Shown: positions 21,532-33,623, counted from the whole stretch's first letter. The stretch: 50,172 bases of DNA, filler included, from Stramenopiles sp. TOSAG23-2 (GCA_900128395.1; 2 parts of 2 records of this genome joined end to end with filler, not necessarily neighbours in it), one strand, 5' to 3'. Translations and numbers: made by a program. Notes: generated by a model not told the origin, from the letters alone.

Positions 21532-24500
21532 TTAATCTGAATAATCGTCACCATCACTTCCACCTTCATCACCAAAAATATATAAATGACTGTCTAATAA
21601 ATCTTTCGTTGATAATAATGCATATAATGTTGCTGCTTTTGCTGCTCCATCAAAATTCGATGTTGTCCCACCAAGCATTCGCATAGATTGTTTAATACCT
21701 CTCCATGCTGGTACTTTATCATAAATAATTTCATTAACAGACCACATGCATGTATTTAACATGGACATGGCCCATTTTAACAACACATGGGTTGCCATAT
21801 TATTGGATTCATTAAAAACGTCGTTTACACATTTTGCCAAGGTAATTGCAACTGTTTGTAATATACGTTGCGTAGCATCTGGTCCAACAACATGTAACAT
21901 TGAAGTAATTTTTTGCTCATCAAAATTTTGCAATTCATCACATAAAATTAAATGTGGAATGACACTTGCAAAATTACCTCTTTTATCAACATTACGCAAC
22001 ACAGTTAATATCATATTTGGGCGTTTTACACACGCATCTGCTGCACGCTTTAACGAATTTTTTTGTCGTCGATCTAATTGTTTTAAACATGAAGCGTTAG
22101 AAGGTTTATGATCAACAGGTGGTGGCGGTGGCAACGTAGCTTTATCAATACCAGTGTAACCTTTTGGAGCACGAGATTTATACCTGGTAGGGAACTCTCG
22201 CTTTTTTTCACGCCGATGTACTTCACGTGACAGCGGTCTTTCATCACCTGTTAATGGATCATTACCTTTTCTATTGTTGTTCGATGATGAAGATTTTAAA
22301 ATAGAATTTGTTTTTTTTTTATTATTATTACTTGGTGCTCCAGCTCTTCGTATTTTTGGTTTTTCTGGCACAAATTTTTTCCCAAACCGATTTAAAAATG
22401 CAGGTGGAATAACGTTTGCATTTTGGAATTCTTCCATAGCTTGAGCAGCAATTTGACGAACAACATTGATACGATCTGTAGTACAATCTTTAATGGCTTT
22501 TAAAATAATTACTATGTCAACTTCTCCATCTATAATTTGTACATTTCTTGTAATTTGACCACTATTCATTGATACAGCATGTAAACGTGCAACTTTACCA
22601 AGCAAAAGCAATGCCGAACGTCGTGCTCGCCATATGTAACTTTTATTTGGTGCTAGTAATGTATCTACACAATTTTGCATTATATTAGGCGCAGCGAAGG
22701 CTACAGCATTGGAGAGACGCCTTATTCTTCTTGATTCACCGTAACACGCACCATCTATAATAACACACATCGAATCTAACAATGCACTTAACGTCTCGTT
22801 TTCAGCATTTTTCAGCGTATCTAAAATCCGTCGGAATATTTCTTTCCCACAACCACCCATTAAAATGACATGTTGTCTCATTAAATGCCCATCGCGACTT
22901 AAATTATTTGCATCCTCTGATGAATTATTATCTGGCACAGATCCATTTTTCCCAGCTTTTGAAGTCAACTTAACGGTTTGAGCTGCAACAGCAGCGGCAG
23001 TTGCATCTGCATTAGCGGCTAAGCACCAACCCGATGGCATATTGTCATTGGCATCTAATAATTTTTGATAATAGGATGATCCCATTTCAGTGGGGACTTC
23101 CAGTATCATAATTCCATCCGCACGAATCGACATGGTCTTCGGCAATGGTATATTTGGTAATTTTGTACGAAATACACGACGGGCAACTTCTATATCACGT
23201 TGATCAATAGGTACACCAACAATTTTAAATGTCACCATATCACGTTTTGGTATATTTATTGAAAATGCACCTTTTAGACATTTCGCAGCAACTTCTCCTA
23301 TAATACTATTACCATGTTTATTGACTAGTTCCAACAATGGGTCGAGAATTGGGGAAAAACTTGGCTTGACACGGCCACGTGTTAAAATCGGCAATACTCG
23401 TCTAGCTAAACTACCGATAGATTCTATACATGAATTGTGAACTACTTCATGTTGTACTGTAATTCTACTACAAACAGCATCAACAGATTCTTCTAAATAT
23501 GGCGCAACAACGCTTGGACATGTACGGGCGATCATGCCAAGAACTTTAACACATTCACGTTGAAAAGCACCTTCGTGAACATTCGAAGCTGATCGTAAGC
23601 ATTTCAAAACAATTGGCATATCATTTTCTAGCAAACTTTCAGCAATGGCGCGTATTTCTGCCATTCCATTTTGCCGTGTATGCCCATCCCTCAATCGTGC
23701 AATCGATCGTGTTAATTGCTTTTCTAAATTATTAAGATCTGCTTGAGTTTTTCTATTATTGCTAGCATTGATAGCATCATCATCTATGTTTAAATGTATT
23801 GTATCTTCTGGATTTAATATATTACCATTACTATAATTTCTTTGTTGTTGTGATGGGAGAGGCGCCGATAAAAATAAATTAGCTTGTTCCTCCTTCATAA
23901 TATGTACTTGTGCCTCCATTATATTTTTTTCCGCTTGTGCTTTTTCCAATCGTTCTAACAATTGTTGTTTCTCCACTTCTAATTGTTTCATTTTTTCCAT
24001 TTCAGCTTTTGCTTTTTCTAATGCTTCTAACTCTCTCTTTTCCGCCTCTGCGATTCGATGGGCTTGAAAATCAGCCATTGCCTTTGTTTTATTTGCTCTT
24101 TTTTTCATAATAACACCTTTTGGTCGTTCAGTTATTTTATTTTTATTATTTTCTTTATTCTTATCATCCTTTTTATTTTTCTTATCCATAAATACTTTGC
24201 CAGTATATCGCAATGAAAATCTTATTTGCCCTTGCACTTTTGTCATTCCAGACATAACTTCCAAATCATACCATTGTAATTTTTTTCTCAACATATTATT
24301 TTTTAACATTTCACTTAAATCTATTGTAACGCCACCTAAATTATCATATAATTGTTTACCACCAACTTTTCCATCTTCATTATCGTCATCTTTTACTTGT
24401 ATATGGAGTGTTTTGGATTCTAAAATATTTGAACCAGAACCAAAAATTATATCATTTGTCTCTTTCCATTCATTATCTTCATAAGAGTAAAACGGTTTTT

Positions 24501-24907
24501 TCCAAATTGGGTTACATGTTTTCCACATTACGCCCGTTTTTTTTCTCTTCACCTCCACAAAATAAAAATGCTACTGGATCGCTTGTAGCTGTCATATCTT
24601 TCCTAATATCTCTTGCCAACAAATCTCTAGCTTCTAAATGACTTATTATCAAGCGTGGTGGACCAGATGCCCCTGCACCACCACCAGCAGATGAGGCAGT
24701 CATCGCCAATACTTTTCTTCTAGCATTTTTTAATCGTTTTGCCGTATCTGCAACTGTGGAAAAATTAGATACATGTTGTTCTTTCAAAGGTTTTTGCTCA
24801 TTATTTTTCTGTGATAATCTTTTTCTATCCGCTGCTTTTGCAGATCGTATAGCCAAGTCCTTTGCAACTTGATTTGCTGATTCTATTGCTGCATTTGTTG
24901 CTTGCAT
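21532..24907 (-). CDS. C2-domain + coiled coil + HEAT/TOG-like repeat protein; one gene broken by a 1-nt frameshift in an A8 tract (24537-24544)
   Basis: Removing one A fuses ...EARDLLARD..SDPVAFLFCGGEEKK|TGVMWKTCNPIW into a continuous C2 domain; HEAT-like QRECVKVLGMIA, WRARRSALLLL, DRINVVRQIAAQA. Confidence 0.8.
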
Positions 24908-25043
24908 TGTTTATCTTCCTCTTTGTATTTCGTGTTTCAATGATAATTTTATTATACAATTCACAAAATCAAAATGTTTCATTCCAAATATATTCTCTTT
25001 CATACAAGGGGTGTAATAAATATATATATTTTATTATATTATT

Positions 25044-25143
25044 NNNNNNNNNNNNNNNNNNNNNNNNNNNNNNNNNNNNNNNNNNNNTTAATTAATTAAN
25101 NNNNNNNNNNNNNNNNNNNNNNNNNNNNNNNNNNNNNNNNNNN
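25044..25143. other. Artificial contig linker / assembly gap
   Basis: 44 N + TTAATTAATTAA (stops in all six frames) + 44 N = 100 bp. Confidence 0.95.
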
Positions 25144-25144
25144 A

Positions 25145-28100
25145 GTTGATATACACGATATTCAAATATTGGAGAAGGAAATGCGAAATCAAAGAGACAG
25201 TTTAGGTGTAAAATCGAAAGATATTCAAGAAAAACTAGAAATGTTGAAATCTCAACACCAAGAAGATTTAGAAAAGTTGAAAAGTTTAAAAATTGAGGCA
25301 AAAAATGGGATTTCTCTGGGTGGAAGATTACTTCAGAAAGCTGTAAGAAGTTTTAAAACATGCAAAGTTACTGAAGAAAATTTTAAAACAGCTGATAGTA
25401 GATTACTAGAAGAAATTGCCCGTCGGGACCAATTATCAAAGAGGAACAATAATGCTGATGCAGATGTAGAAAATGGATTGAAGGGAGCGGCATTATACCA
25501 AGCTGCACAAAAAAACTTTGAAGCGAATCAAGATTCGGCTTTAAATGTTGCAAAATTACTAAAGCACGTAAAATCATTAGTCTTGCTGAATTTGAATATA
25601 GAGCGTTATGAAGCATTATGTTTAAAACACCTTCGAAACGGAGAGCACTATAAAGCAACAGTTAACTTATTATTTTCGAAAAAAAAGTTAGAGAAACTCG
25701 GATCGATGGAGCCAACGGAGGAAAATATTGAACGTTTTCTCAAAGGCCAAAAGATAGTAGAAAATCTCGCTGCAATCGAAATGAAAACTGCAAAACGCCT
25801 TGAAATATTCATTTTAATGGCTGAAGACGCCGCCAATAATTATGAATATAAGTTGTCTAAAATGGGACACGAAGCATTGATATCAAGGTTGTATCGTATT
25901 GAGCTAGAATGCGCTATCAAAGAAAAAGAGAGAGAAATCGCAGAAAGATTGAAAGATGACTACAATGCATCTAAGATGAATTCATCTAAAATAACAGTAG
26001 CAGACAAAGAACTATCCATTGCAAGCGAGATCTTATCTAATTTTTTACAATACAAACAAAAGATATTGAAAAATATTGAACGTTTCAAGGCATATGAAGA
26101 GAATGCATTCGCAAAATTGCAATTAGATAAAACTAGGTTAGCAATGGAAAAAGTTGATAATTCTGATTTTCAGAGGCTTAGTGACTTAAAGCAACAGTTG
26201 TTAAAGCAGTCGAATAACTTCGAAAGGACACAAGGCCTACTAGCTCAACATTTTAAACATTTGAAACAACAAAAAGATATTGAGGTATTAATACATAAAC
26301 AAAACACGGTGAAAAACAAATTAAAGTCGCTTACTGAAGCTGGCAAACGACCAGAAACAAGAGAGAGTGATGCTGGTAAAAAGGTCAAAATTTTGAAAGG
26401 CTTCGAAAAGCTTCGAGAGAAACGTGATTTGATTAAACAATTGAGATTAATAAAAGATGTTGAAAGATTGGGAAAACAATTGGAAAAAGCAAGAGGAGAT
26501 ATGACAGTTGGAAAACAACAGGTGACGCAAGACGTGTTATGGCAAGTCGAAAGTATGTTTTCGAGGACAAATGTTACTGATATTCTTACTATTCCACAAA
26601 AGTGGTGTCGATCAACGGCAATGATAGCAAATTACAACTTATTTCGGATTTCATTGATACGAAGTCAGTTAGAGACAACAAGATTTAAATTGGATACAAT
26701 GTTATACAATGATTCGAAAACAAAAAATGCTTTTGAAAATAAAACTGCTCAAAAATTGAAGGAGAAAGCACTTGATACGAAAGATCAACTTGAGTATCAA
26801 TTGAGCTTGTTTAAAAAGTATCATGCATCATATAAAAGTCTAATCGTTGCGTATGCACAAGAATATGAAGTTGATAAGTATATCGATCATATACAAGTTT
26901 TCAATGCTGCAAAAGATGAATGGGAAGAGATATGTGAGGTATTTGAAATCAAACATGGGTTTGAGAAGACGAAAAAAATTGACACGAAAAATCTTGGGAA
27001 TGGATTTCTCTCAAAAAAATCGAAGTTGAAATCAAAATGGATGAAAGCAAAAGCAAAATTGAAACTAGCAGTTGCTTTATCGAGTAGTGTCAAGGAAGAA
27101 TGGACAATTTATAATTTAATAAGTAAGATTGAACCAATGAAAAATCAATTAAAATCTGGCCTTAATCTTTTGCGCCAGGCAGATCTAAAGCTAACGAAAA
27201 AATTGGCCGCTCTGCACGAAGAGCAGATAGTAGCAGCAGACAGACTGAGGACGGCAAAGGCATTACAAGAAGAAGAATTTCAAAAAAAAATATTGGAAAC
27301 GAACATATTCATAGTTACATACATAGGTAGCTTAAAAAAATGGGGTACCGCGTTTAATGACAACAGTATCTTGGGTGTGATCTTTTTGCAATTCTTTCTT
27401 ATAGTGTGCCCGTTGTTAATTATAGTTGTGAATGCATTTTATTCTATCTCACCAATAAATTTCATTCTAGATAAAAATAGTATAGATACACTTGGACATA
27501 TTATCATTTGTGGAATTGCTTCATCGGTGTATATTTCTGAGTATGCTGCGATGTTTTCAAAGTATAGTTCTCCGAAGTCTGCGGTAGCGGTATTGATTTT
27601 ATTGATTTTTGCACATTTGTCATCAACTGCCTTGCGGCTTGTCAACGTAGGAGATAGTATTATATCCCCAGGAGATGCCACAGTTGTGCAGTATTTTTCT
27701 GTATTGTACATGATAGGCACTATTCCATTCGTAGCGTCGCCTTCACCATTAGATTTGAAAATGGCATGTTTATCTGTTGTTTGTATAGTTATACCAGGAT
27801 TTCTTTCATACCCCAATATACATTTAAATGATATTAGTAATTTTTCCACGGAATTTTTGATTTGTTTAAATAGCATTGTTCTTGGCTTTACTTGGTTTAG
27901 TTTAGCATGTAGGGAAAAATTTTGGATCTCGCCTCTAAAATGTCTAAAACAGATGGAACACTATGACGTTCCTGTGAACAAAGACGATGCATTGGACGAA
28001 GGCGATGATGAGGAGAAAGAGCAGAAAAATATAGTACATTTTGCAACATCTCCGATGACCTTGTTTCTAGAGTTACTTTTTTTAATAGTAATTCCAGTAG

Positions 28101-31100
28101 GACTAATTTTCCCTATGGTGATTTTTAGTCAAAAAATGCGCGTTGCGACATCTATTTTAATGACCACATTTTTTGCTATTTATAGCATAATGTGCGGCGT
28201 ATATACGGTTTTTCATGTACTTCGACAACGAAAAATTCTAATAGAAGTACTGCAATCCATGGCAAAGAACCAGAAAGCCAGTACGTGGGTATCTCACTTT
28301 GTAATGTTGTTTGTGTTGATTATCGGTTTTATGCTAGCTTTTCATGTGTCGTTGGAGACAAAGCGCGCCGGGATAATAGCCACAATATTGTATGGTGGTA
28401 CAATATATTTCATTGGTAATTTTGGACTTAGACATCGCGTGAAAAATGACGTAGTCTTAATGATGGGTTTGTGTTGCTTTTTGCCATTTGTAACTGGTGT
28501 TGTTTTTATATCATTGTATTTAAATACTACATTTGTTGATAGCAATTTTAGTGCGATTGGATTTTCATTAATTTCGTTGATTCCTACTTTAAGCATATGT
28601 TTTGTTTTAATGTGGTTTGCTCAAACGTTTTTGAAATCGCGGAAAGGTGGCGATATTATTCTATCCGTAGGATCTCTAGTGTGTTGCTGCTTTTGTTTTC
28701 TTCCATTTGGAATGGTATTACCAACAATTTTTTCGATGGATTTCACAGCTACAGTTGAAATAGCGACATTATTAAGAGTTACAATAAGCGTCATATCTTT
28801 CCTTTGTATGGCCATGATTATTTTAGCCTCGAATGTAGCAACAAGTACATTCTTAAGTTTAGAAAAGGAACGTATGGCGAAAAAAGTTGTCCGTGAAATT
28901 ATGCATGATCTTGATGTTGAACATAACGTAGCAAGTAAAGAGGATATAGTGCGACCTCTGTTTGATTTTTTATACGACAAAAAAGATGAAGAGTTAATGG
29001 AAAATTTGAAATTTAATAATGATATGCTTCGTTCGTTGGACGATGGAAAAAAAACCGTAATTGTTGGGTCTAAGGAATTTAAAACTCAAGTGAAGAGACG
29101 TACATTGAAATTATGCCAGAAATGCTTGAAAGAAAATCAGTCTTACGTAAAGGCTAAAAAAAAAATGACAATATGTCGACCATGCGAAATACATGAAATT
29201 TATCAGACACAGCGAGATAAACTTTTATTAGAGCAAGAACATAAATATGCGGATGAAGAGCAGAAAGCTATTCTTCGTTTAAAGAAAAAGAAGGAGCTTG
29301 AGGATAAATTAAAAAGGAAGCAAAAGGAAGCAAGCAACTATGTAGAAGCGTTGAGAAAGCGTGATGCAAGGCAATACGGTGATGCCATACCGATCTTAAA
29401 TGTTCTAGTCAAGGATAATCCAATGGAAATACGATTCATTCTGCTACGTTGCTATCTCAATTATGGCCTAAAACGTTACAAAGATGCTTTGGATGATGCA
29501 TATGCATGTCATGAACTGGATCAAAAACGCATTGAAGCAATGATAATGATACCGGTTGCGATGTGTGGTATGTCTGACCCAAAATCTGCTGCCAAATTCT
29601 TAAAAATAACGCGAAAGAAGTTTCCATCATATGAGAAGTTTGCAGAGCTTGATGGACTTGCACATAAATTAATACAGCTACGTGTAAATAACAATGATAA
29701 AAAAGGATTTAGCCTTTTTGGAAGACGTCGAGGGGTTGGCACCACTTCAAAAATTGAAGCAATTCAAAGCAAAGTTGCTGAATACGCTTTCTCGATCATT
29801 GATGCATCAATAAGAAGGCGAAATAAATTTGAACTAAAGAAAAAAATGAAATTACAAGCAACAAGAAAGATGCAAGCGGAAAATAGTTTAGAAGCAAAAT
29901 ATGGCATATATATTGCAGCCGCGAGAAATGTACAAAGACAAAAAGGTGGTTTACGCCCAAAAGTATACGTTAGAGTTTATATGAAACAAATGTCTAACAA
30001 TGATGTGAAACAAAATAGGCGCAAATCACGTATAGCTCAATCACGTGGAAAACTACTTCATGAGACGGGTGAGATCCAAACGGTCGCCAATTATACTTTT
30101 TTTCACAATGAATTTGTATTAACGAAAAGATGGATATTGCTAGAGTATCCGTCAAAACTATCGTTTCAATTGATGGAAGTAAATGATTCCACCGATGAGA
30201 GAGATGAATGCATTGGTTCGATCAGTATTGCTGCGTTCCAAATATTACGGTATATTAGAAGACGGGAATATTTAGAAATCCCTCTGGAGCCTGGACATTT
30301 TAGTAAATGTGCAAGCACTACATACGATGGTATTAATGATACAAGTGGGGAAGCAGGAAAAATTCCACGTTTATGTCTTTCCTTTTCGACTTTATCAGAT
30401 GAAAGCATAGTTACAATTATGAGGAAGAAAGTTTGTTTCTCATTAATGAGGGATACATTTACGGGATGGAAAGATACGGGTGGCAACGTTGTACAAAAAA
30501 TAAGACAAACACTAGAAGAGGTATTTGCTCAATACGCAGTTGTTTTTCCGTATGAACAGAAAGCAAAAGGCACGAAGAAGAAAAAGAAAAAACCATCTGT
30601 AGCCGATATGACTCGTGATAAAACTGAAGAACTGAAAAAAGAGCTTGAGGGTCAGCAAAGACGTAAGGATCACTGGCATCGGCAAGTGACGGAGTTTTAT
30701 AAAAAGCATCATCCGAAAAAAGCGCACTATGCTTTAGTAATGAATTTAATGAGGAAACATGACGGTAACGAAGAGGCACTTTTTAAAAAGTTACATAAAA
30801 AATACAATGTTGACATCGAGGATAATCAGCATGCATTTACACACGAACACAACCAGCATGGAAAACTGAAAGAGAAAAAAAGTATAAAAACTGAAAGAGT
30901 GAAACTGCTTACTAAAGGTTTGGCCGGTGTCTTAATATCACATGATGGTATGATTAAGTTGTACCAGCAATCTAATTTATTTTCAGATCAATGCGAAAGT
31001 ATTTTAGCAAATATATATAAACGAAAAACATCGATTGAACGAGAACGTAGACAAGATAACAAATATATACCTCCGAAAGGCTTTAATTTTAAAATGTTTT

Positions 31101-33574
31101 GCATCTCTTTATACGAAGTATACGTTGCAAGGCATGGTCCTCAGTTTCGCCATATGGCTAAATCATATTTAGCCAAACAAATTTGTTTTGTACAATTAAG
31201 AAGATTTTGTCCCATGTACAAAAAATGGAGGCGTAATCAAGTTATACCGACCATGAAAATCAGTGATGCGAAATTTGGTTCCGGCACAAGTCCTCAAGCA
31301 TTACGACAAAAAAACTATGCTTCAAAGGCGGCATTAAAAATGCAAAGGGCATTTCGAACAAATCTTATTAGAAAAAATGCAGCAAATAAAATTACAAAAT
31401 TTATTAGAAAAATTTATAATTTATCAACAGAATCAAAGTTACGGAAGAAAAACAAAAAGCACGATGAAGATGATGAAGAAGATGATGAGGAAGAAGAAGA
31501 ATTAGCAGATGATGAGAATAAAGATGAGAAAAAGGATGCAAAGACTAAAAAGTCATGGATTGAAAGGCAAATTGACAACGTTTTGGGTAGAAAAGATGAC
31601 GACGATGATGATTTAGTCATCAAACATGAGGAGGGGGAGGAGGAGTCAAAAAACGCAAATAACGTGGTAGCAAAAGAAAGAGTTCAACAAGATCTCGTTG
31701 AATCTGTTGTTGAAAAAATAGTTGTAAAAGGCAGTAAAGGTTACGTTTATTTTAAAACGAAGCCTGAACATTACTTTGTCCCTGGACAAAATATAGTTTT
31801 CTATAATTTTACGAAAGGTGGCAATGCTACTGATTTACAACGATTAAATGGTCGATGGCCGGTAAAAAAGAAGAAAGGAGGAAAAGCTTTATCTGGAAAA
31901 AATGTATTCTTTCTTACAAATGTCGATGAAACCGAGGACTCTATAGTCTTGGAGTTTGATACGTTAGGTTTAAGTCAAAAAACGTTTATTGGAGATGAGC
32001 CAAAAAAAGAATTTGATGAAGCGGCTACTATATCAGTCAGAAAAACTAAATTTTCACTTGCGTTTCAAAACATGCTGGAAAAAAAAAAGCATCGCGTTCT
32101 ATGGACGACCATTAGTAAGTTAGTATTTGATATCACAATGAAAGCTCGTGAGGAAGTGCGCAGTAAGAAGAAAGTTGATACAAACATTTCCGTTGATTGG
32201 AGAGCGACTGAGAATGTCATGGCTTTATATAACAACTACGCAGGCCGATTTTTACAATATATTTCCATTGCTATGGCAAATGGCCCGTTAGCATATGGTA
32301 GCGAGAGCGAGGATTCTATACCTCAAGTTGACGAGGTAAAGAGTAGCAACGTTACAACGACGATGGCCCCGAAGACAAATCAAGATAAAGCACTTGAAAC
32401 CTTGCAGATATTAGCACACATACCACAAATGAAGCTTCCACCTGAATATGGAAATACCTTTCAAATATTTTTAATCATATCTTTCTTGTTAGCTGTTGCC
32501 TTTCCCATATTTACAAGGCGCGCCGTGCGGCGTGCAAGGGATGGTAAAATGGGTCTAGGTGACGACGGAAGAAAGGCTGCAACATGTTCAAAGGAAGGAT
32601 TATATATGCTTACCTTGAATATTGTCAGCAATACCTTCTTCTTTGGAGTTATGATTACTTTAGTAAAGGCGTTTGCTTGTGGTTATGATCCGTTGCTGCA
32701 ACAATTTACATTACTTGCAGATCCGTCTATCGAATGTTTTGGTTTAAGTAGTTTCGTTCATTACATTTACATGCTCTTAGCAGGTATTGCAATTGTTTTT
32801 TTTTATCCATTAGCAACGATGCTTATTCCCACCTTTCAATTTATGAATAAAGGTTTAGATATTAAATTTGATGCCTCGTTTATTACGTTAGAGAAACAAT
32901 CTGATTTATTTGTTGCCATTTTAGCAACTTTTTACTCAGAATTGAACACGTTATTTGTACTTTTCGTCCAAACATTTATCTGTATCGTACTAGCAGTTTA
33001 TAATTACAAAGTCCAACCTTGCCTAGTTTCATACATGAATCCTGCCAAAACAGCTATATATACCATTTCTGCTTACGTAACGATTGGGTCGATTATATGG
33101 CAACTTACAAAAAGCATTGGTCTTATGATTATAATCGCAATTATATTGTTTGCCGCTATATTCGGGTGGCTATTTTCCAAACATGGAAAGTCAGTAATTA
33201 CATTGATAAAACAGAAATTATTCAAGAGGAAAGCAGATAAACTGAAAAGAGAAAATGCAATGAAAATTTTACCAATTCCTGAAGATGAATTTCAAGACAT
33301 TGACGATATTAAGAAAGGTCTTCAATTTAAATCTGGTTCGACAAACACGAAAATTGTGCCATCACCAGACAAGAAAAAACGACGAAAAAAACAAGGCGAG
33401 AAGATATACTGTCCGCAATGCCGGAAAGGAGCTATTCCTGCAAAGTGGATATCTACTTTTGTAATAGCAGAATGTTGTGTATGCTTCGAAACAAAGAAAA
33501 TGAAAATTTCGTCAGTTTGCGGTCATGGTGTATGTAATGAGTGTTATATTAATATTAAAGATAAAGTAGACTAA
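25145..33574 (+). CDS. Giant (>2800 aa) multidomain membrane protein, 5'-truncated at the gap: coiled coil, TM bundle, TPR, C2-like, IQ-like, second TM bundle, terminal RING-like Zn finger
   Basis: Single intronless ORF open from the gap edge; TM runs at about 27370-28840 and 32460-33180; TPR YGDAIPILN..YKDALDDA; IQ-like AALKMQRAFR; CCVC..CGHGVCNEC. Confidence 0.85.
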   Translation, partial: VDIHDIQILEKEMRNQRDSLGVKSKDIQEKLEMLKSQHQEDLEKLKSLKIEAKNGISLGGRLLQKAVRSFKTCKVTEENFKTADSRLLEEIARRDQLSKRNNNADADVENGLKGAALYQAAQKNFEANQDSALNVAKLLKHVKSLVLLNLNIERYEALCLKHLRNGEHYKATVNLLFSKKKLEKLGSMEPTEENIERFLKGQKIVENLAAIEMKTAKRLEIFILMAEDAANNYEYKLSKMGHEALISRLYRIELECAIKEKEREIAERLKDDYNASKMNSSKITVADKELSIASEILSNFLQYKQKILKNIERFKAYEENAFAKLQLDKTRLAMEKVDNSDFQRLSDLKQQLLKQSNNFERTQGLLAQHFKHLKQQKDIEVLIHKQNTVKNKLKSLTEAGKRPETRESDAGKKVKILKGFEKLREKRDLIKQLRLIKDVERLGKQLEKARGDMTVGKQQVTQDVLWQVESMFSRTNVTDILTIPQKWCRSTAMIANYNLFRISLIRSQLETTRFKLDTMLYNDSKTKNAFENKTAQKLKEKALDTKDQLEYQLSLFKKYHASYKSLIVAYAQEYEVDKYIDHIQVFNAAKDEWEEICEVFEIKHGFEKTKKIDTKNLGNGFLSKKSKLKSKWMKAKAKLKLAVALSSSVKEEWTIYNLISKIEPMKNQLKSGLNLLRQADLKLTKKLAALHEEQIVAADRLRTAKALQEEEFQKKILETNIFIVTYIGSLKKWGTAFNDNSILGVIFLQFFLIVCPLLIIVVNAFYSISPINFILDKNSIDTLGHIIICGIASSVYISEYAAMFSKYSSPKSAVAVLILLIFAHLSSTALRLVNVGDSIISPGDATVVQYFSVLYMIGTIPFVASPSPLDLKMACLSVVCIVIPGFLSYPNIHLNDISNFSTEFLICLNSIVLGFTWFSLACREKFWISPLKCLKQMEHYDVPVNKDDALDEGDDEEKEQKNIVHFATSPMTLFLELLFLIVIPVGLIFPMVIFSQKMRVATSILMTTFFAIYSIMCGVYTVFHVLRQRKILIEVLQSMAKNQKASTWVSHFVMLFVLIIGFMLAFHVSLETKRAGIIATILYGGTIYFIGNFGLRHRVKNDVVLMMGLCCFLPFVTGVVFISLYLNTTFVDSNFSAIGFSLISLIPTLSICFVLMWFAQTFLKSRKGGDIILSVGSLVCCCFCFLPFGMVLPTIFSMDFTATVEIATLLRVTISVISFLCMAMIILASNVATSTFLSLEKERMAKKVVREIMHDLDVEHNVASKEDIVRPLFDFLYDKKDEELMENLKFNNDMLRSLDDGKKTVIVGSKEFKTQVKRRTLKLCQKCLKENQSYVKAKKKMTICRPCEIHEIYQTQRDKLLLEQEHKYADEEQKAILRLKKKKELEDKLKRKQKEASNYVEALRKRDARQYGDAIPILNVLVKDNPMEIRFILLRCYLNYGLKRYKDALDDAYACHELDQKRIEAMIMIPVAMCGMSDPKSAAKFLKITRKKFPSYEKFAELDGLAHKLIQLRVNNNDKKGFSLFGRRRGVGTTSKIEAIQSKVAEYAFSIIDASIRRRNKFELKKKMKLQATRKMQAENSLEAKYGIYIAAARNVQRQKGGLRPKVYVRVYMKQMSNNDVKQNRRKSRIAQSRGKLLHETGEIQTVANYTFFHNEFVLTKRWILLEYPSKLSFQLMEVNDSTDERDECIGSISIAAFQILRYIRRREYLEIPLEPGHFSKCASTTYDGINDTSGEAGKIPRLCLSFSTLSDESIVTIMRKKVCFSLMRDTFTGWKDTGGNVVQKIRQTLEEVFAQYAVVFPYEQKAKGTKKKKKKPSVADMTRDKTEELKKELEGQQRRKDHWHRQVTEFYKKHHPKKAHYALVMNLMRKHDGNEEALFKKLHKKYNVDIEDNQHAFTHEHNQHGKLKEKKSIKTERVKLLTKGLAGVLISHDGMIKLYQQSNLFSDQCESILANIYKRKTSIERERRQDNKYIPPKGFNFKMFCISLYEVYVARHGPQFRHMAKSYLAKQICFVQLRRFCPMYKKWRRNQVIPTMKISDAKFGSGTSPQALRQKNYASKAALKMQRAFRTNLIRKNAANKITKFIRKIYNLSTESKLRKKNKKHDEDDEEDDEEEEELADDENKDEKKDAKTKKSWIERQIDNVLGRKDDDDDDLVIKHEEGEEESKNANNVVAKERVQQDLVESVVEKIVVKGSKGYVYFKTKPEHYFVPGQNIVFYNFTKGGNATDLQRLNGRWPVKKKKGGKALSGKNVFFLTNVDETEDSIVLEFDTLGLSQKTFIGDEPKKEFDEAATISVRKTKFSLAFQNMLEKKKHRVLWTTISKLVFDITMKAREEVRSKKKVDTNISVDWRATENVMALYNNYAGRFLQYISIAMANGPLAYGSESEDSIPQVDEVKSSNVTTTMAPKTNQDKALETLQILAHIPQMKLPPEYGNTFQIFLIISFLLAVAFPIFTRRAVRRARDGKMGLGDDGRKAATCSKEGLYMLTLNIVSNTFFFGVMITLVKAFACGYDPLLQQFTLLADPSIECFGLSSFVHYIYMLLAGIAIVFFYPLATMLIPTFQFMNKGLDIKFDASFITLEKQSDLFVAILATFYSELNTLFVLFVQTFICIVLAVYNYKVQPCLVSYMNPAKTAIYTISAYVTIGSIIWQLTKSIGLMIIIAIILFAAIFGWLFSKHGKSVITLIKQKLFKRKADKLKRENAMKILPIPEDEFQDIDDIKKGLQFKSGSTNTKIVPSPDKKKRRKKQGEKIYCPQCRKGAIPAKWISTFVIAECCVCFETKKMKISSVCGHGVCNECYINIKDKVD

Positions 33575-33623
33575 ATATCATGTCATGTGCGTACATATGC
33601 ATAATACTTGTTGTGCTTTGTAA

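Noticed and set aside
25044-25143. TTAATTAATTAA palindrome between N runs as a biological element
   Set aside because: The symmetric 44N-12-44N layout with six-frame stops indicates an artificial contig joiner
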